Shown piece after piece: positions 60,986 through 64,000 of a DNA stretch of 64,000 bases (positions are counted from its first letter, which is position 1; each line of letters starts with the position of its first letter). The stretch covers positions 160,001 to 224,000 of the forward strand of contig CAVPOM010000012.1 of assembly GCA_963707025.1 (NCBI GenBank), read 5' to 3'. Under the pieces are notes generated by a model. The model had not been told where the DNA came from. It worked only from the letters and a program-made list of their open reading frames with translations, and searched no databases. The position numbers and the translations under genes are program-made. Origin of the DNA: an uncultured Verrucomicrobiae bacterium. Its GTDB lineage: Bacteria > Verrucomicrobiota > Verrucomicrobiia > Limisphaerales > Palsa-1400.

Positions 60986-61352
60986 CGCCCTGGACGCGGA
61001 CAACCTTTTGGCCGCCGGGGAATTGGACGCATCCAACGGTTTCAAAGTGCGCTACAGCCTACACCTGGCTTGTGGCGCGAATGGCATCTATGGCTTGTGT
61101 CGTGTTTCCGATTTTCACAAGGCACTGGTGGCGACGGAAAGAGAGTTGGAACGGACCGGCCTTTTGACCCATGCTGACATCGGCTGGTTGTGTCCCGCTG
61201 AGATGATCTGGCGCAGATTCCACCCCAAAACTGACGCCAGCCCCTTCACTCCAAAGATTTTGGATTCCACTGAAAAGCGCGTAGTCAATACGAAGGTGGT
61301 TCACACCCTGGCATGGTTTTGTCAGCATTTCCAACTACCGCCGCGCCCATGA
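60984..61352 (+). pseudogene. 3' half of the split gene
   Basis: ELD-RALDADNLL..LPPRP*, in frame with 49294-49443 after excision. Confidence 0.75.
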
Positions 61353-61656
61353 AACCCACCGCCGCCACACCCTTTTCCAGCGCCAGGCATGGCCCCTGCA
61401 AGCCCATTGAAGCGGCCACGCAACGCCGCTTTACCGCTCACTTTTCCAGCCCGACTCTTGCCCCCCTATGCCCAATCCGCCCTACATCGGCGGCGCTGTT
61501 CTTTAAAGGCAAGTAGGCTTGGACTCAATCGAAACCACGTAAAGCCGCGCAAATGCGGCCCTTACCGTTTCTACTTCTTTCCCGGACATCAGGACGCGCA
61601 AACTCCAAAACTTATCGCTTCTTTTACAGGTTTTGCGTTAAATTGACTCCGTTTTC

Positions 61657-62226
61657 ATGCTCATCGCGTTCCACAAACCCTTTGGCGTCCTGTCCCAATT
61701 CACCGGGGACGGCTCGCGCCACCGGACGCTGGCGGAGTTTGGGTTTCCCGCCGGGGTTTATCCGATTGGCCGGCTGGATGCGGATTCGGAAGGGCTGCTG
61801 CTGTTAAGCGATGAGGCGGCGCTCAACGCCAGGCTGCTGCCACCTTCCCGCGCTCATCCGCGCGTTTATTGGGCGCAGGTGGAAGGCGTTCCTTCGGAGG
61901 AGTCGCTGAAGAAACTCTCCCGGGGGGTCATGGCGCAGGGCCGGATGACCCTGCCTTGCCGGGCGTGGTTGCTGGACGCGCCGCCAGGGCTGCCGCCGCG
62001 CGTGCCGCCCGTTCGCTTCCGCAAAACCGTGCCCGACCGTTGGATTGCCCTGGAGTTGGTGGAAGGAAAGAACCGCCAGGTCCGGCGCATGACGGCGGCA
62101 GCGGGCCATCCGACGCTTCGCTTGTTACGGGCGCAAATCGGGGGATTCCAAGACCCTGGCCTGGCTCCTGGCCAATGGCGGCTGCTTAACCAAAAAGAGC
62201 GCGCCCTGGCGCTGGGCCGCGCTTGA
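61657..62226 (+). CDS. RsuA/RluE family pseudouridine synthase
   Basis: GRLDADSEGLLLL, EGKNRQVRRMTA. Confidence 0.93.
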   Translation: MLIAFHKPFGVLSQFTGDGSRHRTLAEFGFPAGVYPIGRLDADSEGLLLLSDEAALNARLLPPSRAHPRVYWAQVEGVPSEESLKKLSRGVMAQGRMTLPCRAWLLDAPPGLPPRVPPVRFRKTVPDRWIALELVEGKNRQVRRMTAAAGHPTLRLLRAQIGGFQDPGLAPGQWRLLNQKERALALGRA

Positions 62227-62244
62227 GCGGCCCGGTCGTGGGCG

Positions 62245-62664
62245 TCACTGCGGGGTTTGCGCATCGGCCGCCGGATCGCTCCGTTCTGCGGGCCGTTCAA
62301 AAACCCGCCCGATCAACTCGCTGGCCTTGCGCGCGGAGATGCGGATGCGCAGGAATTTTCGCGCAAATCCTCCCCTGGCATCATCGGCCTCCATGAAGGC
62401 GGCCAACTCATTGATCGCGTCGCGCCGCCCCGGGGTCTTGGCCAAATAGCGGATCAAGGCGAAATCCCGGTCGAAATAGCCGGGCTGGATTTTGCGGAGG
62501 AGGGGAGCGAGCAGGCGCGCGCGCCAATAAAGACAGGTTCGGAAGGCCCGCTCCTCGAATTCCGCGGGAGCGCAGTGGTAACGCTCGCAGAACAGAGACA
62601 TGAAATCCGGCTTGGCCGGCCCTGAACCCGTATCTTGGTTTGGGGAGGGAGGCGATGAGTTCAT
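62245..62664 (-). CDS. Hypothetical protein
   Basis: FCERYHC..F..CLYWRA..RIRISARK; host-like codon usage. Confidence 0.65.
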   Translation of the reverse strand: MNSSPPSPNQDTGSGPAKPDFMSLFCERYHCAPAEFEERAFRTCLYWRARLLAPLLRKIQPGYFDRDFALIRYLAKTPGRRDAINELAAFMEADDARGGFARKFLRIRISARKASELIGRVFERPAERSDPAADAQTPQ

Positions 62665-62693
62665 GCAATCAGGGAGGATTCTCGCTGACACCG

Positions 62694-64000
62694 TTATGGT
62701 TTGCGTCTTTGGCGATCGTGCCGTGCCAGGGTTTGCCCGGCGCGGTAGAGTGTCAATAATTGCCGGTTGAGGTCCGCAAAGCGCGTCTCTCCGGAGGCGG
62801 TTTCTTCCCGCACCGCCTTTTCGGCGGTGGCAACGGCCTCGGGGAAACGTCCCGCTTCCGCATAGGCCGCCGCCAGCGTGCCCGCGACGCACATCCCTTT
62901 TACCGGCGGCAGACGCTGGGCGCGTTCGGCGAGCTGGACCGCTCCCGGTCCGTCCCGCAGCTTGTCCTCCGAAGCGGTGGCGAGCAGCCAGCCCAGATTG
63001 TTAAGCGCTTCCAGGCAGTCAGGAGCGAGGCGGAGCGCCTGGCGGTATTGGGCCACGGCCTGGCGCAGGTCGCCCTCCTGGAAGAACAGCCCGGCCAGTT
63101 CCAGGCGCGTTGGGAGGTCCGGCTTGAGGGACAAGACTGCCTGCAAATGGAGCAGGGCCTCGCCTGGTTTTCCTTGTTGGCCCAAAGCGGCGGCGAAGTT
63201 TCTATGGGTCTGCGCCTCAAGGGGCTGGAGCGCCAGAGCCTTGCGGAACTCCGGTTCGGCTTGGGCGAATTTCCCCTCCAGCGCCAACGCTTGCGCGAGG
63301 TTGGCATGGGCGTCCGGATTGTCCGGGTTGGATTGGAGGGAGGCGGTGAATTGCTCAATGGCGGCGGGATAATTTGTGGCGTCCGCCAGGATGACCCCCA
63401 GATCGTTGTGCGCGGCCCAGGCGTCCGGATTCTTCGCCAGTGTGTCGCGAAATAATCTCTCCGGCGTGGCGAAGGCCTGCGCGCGTTCAAAGGCCGCGAC
63501 CGTCAAGACCATAACCAGCACGGCGGCGGCGCCCCGAAAAACTCTGGCGGGCAGCGCCGCGGCCAGGGCGGCGGCGGCCAGAGCCACCGGGGCGATCAAA
63601 GGCAGGTATTGGAGATGGTCGGACACCTGCCAGCGGGTGAGGAATTGAGAATTAATCAAGCCAAGCGCCGGAAACAAAGCAACGGCAAAAACTCCCAGCC
63701 CGAACAGGACGGGCCGTCCCCAGCCGCGGCGGAAGCGCCAGCAGAGAAGAAAAGCCGCGCCGACCAGGAGCGCCGGCAGGAAGGACATCAGCGTGGAGGC
63801 GTCCTCTTTCCAGCGGGGATAAACCAGGTTCAGGTTGACGGGCAGAAGCGCCTTGCCCAGGTAGAACCAGAAAGCCCGGCCAGCCTGGGCCAGTCGCTCC
63901 CCAAAACTTTCCGGCGCCAGCGTCAGGCCGGGCAGATACAGGTGCTTTTGAAACCAGGCCGACAACAATCCAAAGGCCAGCGCCAGAACAAAGAACGGGC
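62694..64000 (-). CDS. Membrane protein with C-terminal TPR repeats (TMTC-like); 5' part outside the window
   Basis: FYLGKALLP..YP, VSDHLQYL, AHNDLG/AHANLA TPRs, ALNNLGWLLAT. Confidence 0.85.
   Translation of the reverse strand, partial: PFFVLALAFGLLSAWFQKHLYLPGLTLAPESFGERLAQAGRAFWFYLGKALLPVNLNLVYPRWKEDASTLMSFLPALLVGAAFLLCWRFRRGWGRPVLFGLGVFAVALFPALGLINSQFLTRWQVSDHLQYLPLIAPVALAAAALAAALPARVFRGAAAVLVMVLTVAAFERAQAFATPERLFRDTLAKNPDAWAAHNDLGVILADATNYPAAIEQFTASLQSNPDNPDAHANLAQALALEGKFAQAEPEFRKALALQPLEAQTHRNFAAALGQQGKPGEALLHLQAVLSLKPDLPTRLELAGLFFQEGDLRQAVAQYRQALRLAPDCLEALNNLGWLLATASEDKLRDGPGAVQLAERAQRLPPVKGMCVAGTLAAAYAEAGRFPEAVATAEKAVREETASGETRFADLNRQLLTLYRAGQTLARHDRQRRKP

Larger units (their letters stand above)
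35700..61628. mobile_element. Mu-like transposable element (capsid-less prophage or satellite-like) with a nested insertion; left end approximate
   Basis: Transposase plus ATPase, divergent HTH switch; related end motifs at 35710-35739, 35772-35797 and 61601-61618; right end ...TTTTACA. Confidence 0.72.

Noticed and set aside
60960..61035. Complete tRNA gene
   Set aside because: Only the 3' ~26 nt is tRNA-like; no D or anticodon arm, and the T-loop reads TCC instead of TTC
35783..61615. 15-bp direct repeat as attL/attR of a site-specific island
   Set aside because: An inverted relative at 35710 and the ACA terminus fit transposase binding sites better, and the only integrase has its own att pair; not fully excluded

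Overview
GC-rich bacterial window; the gene families and repeat types suggest a Verrucomicrobiota (Pedosphaera/Limisphaerales-like) host, which is an inference. 1-35.6 kb is mostly core chromosome: a GH38 alpha-mannosidase/MFS/ROK sugar cluster, opgG/opgH, coaD-yceD-rpmF-plsX-fabH, a zinc metalloprotease, an MNT-HEPN pair, an aa3-type cytochrome c oxidase operon with heme A/O synthases, rluA, a NIDO/C39/PKD surface protein and a PEP-CTERM protein, interspersed with REP-like repeats. About 35.7-61.6 kb is a nested mobile region. The outer element (~14 kb of its own DNA) encodes a Mu-like transposase and AAA+ ATPase, a cI/cro-like switch, RHH regulators and a few virion-like proteins, but no recognisable capsid, portal or terminase; it is a candidate transposable phage satellite. 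An 11.5 kb tyrosine-integrase element sits inside its last gene, bounded by an 11-bp direct repeat that lies within a tRNA 3' fragment; in-silico excision restores a 172-aa ORF. That inner element carries a 7.6 kb repeat-rich surface-protein gene bracketed by two ~265-bp direct repeats with compensatory base changes, plus further long hairpins. Several single-base frameshifts, one in coxI, may be sequencing errors.
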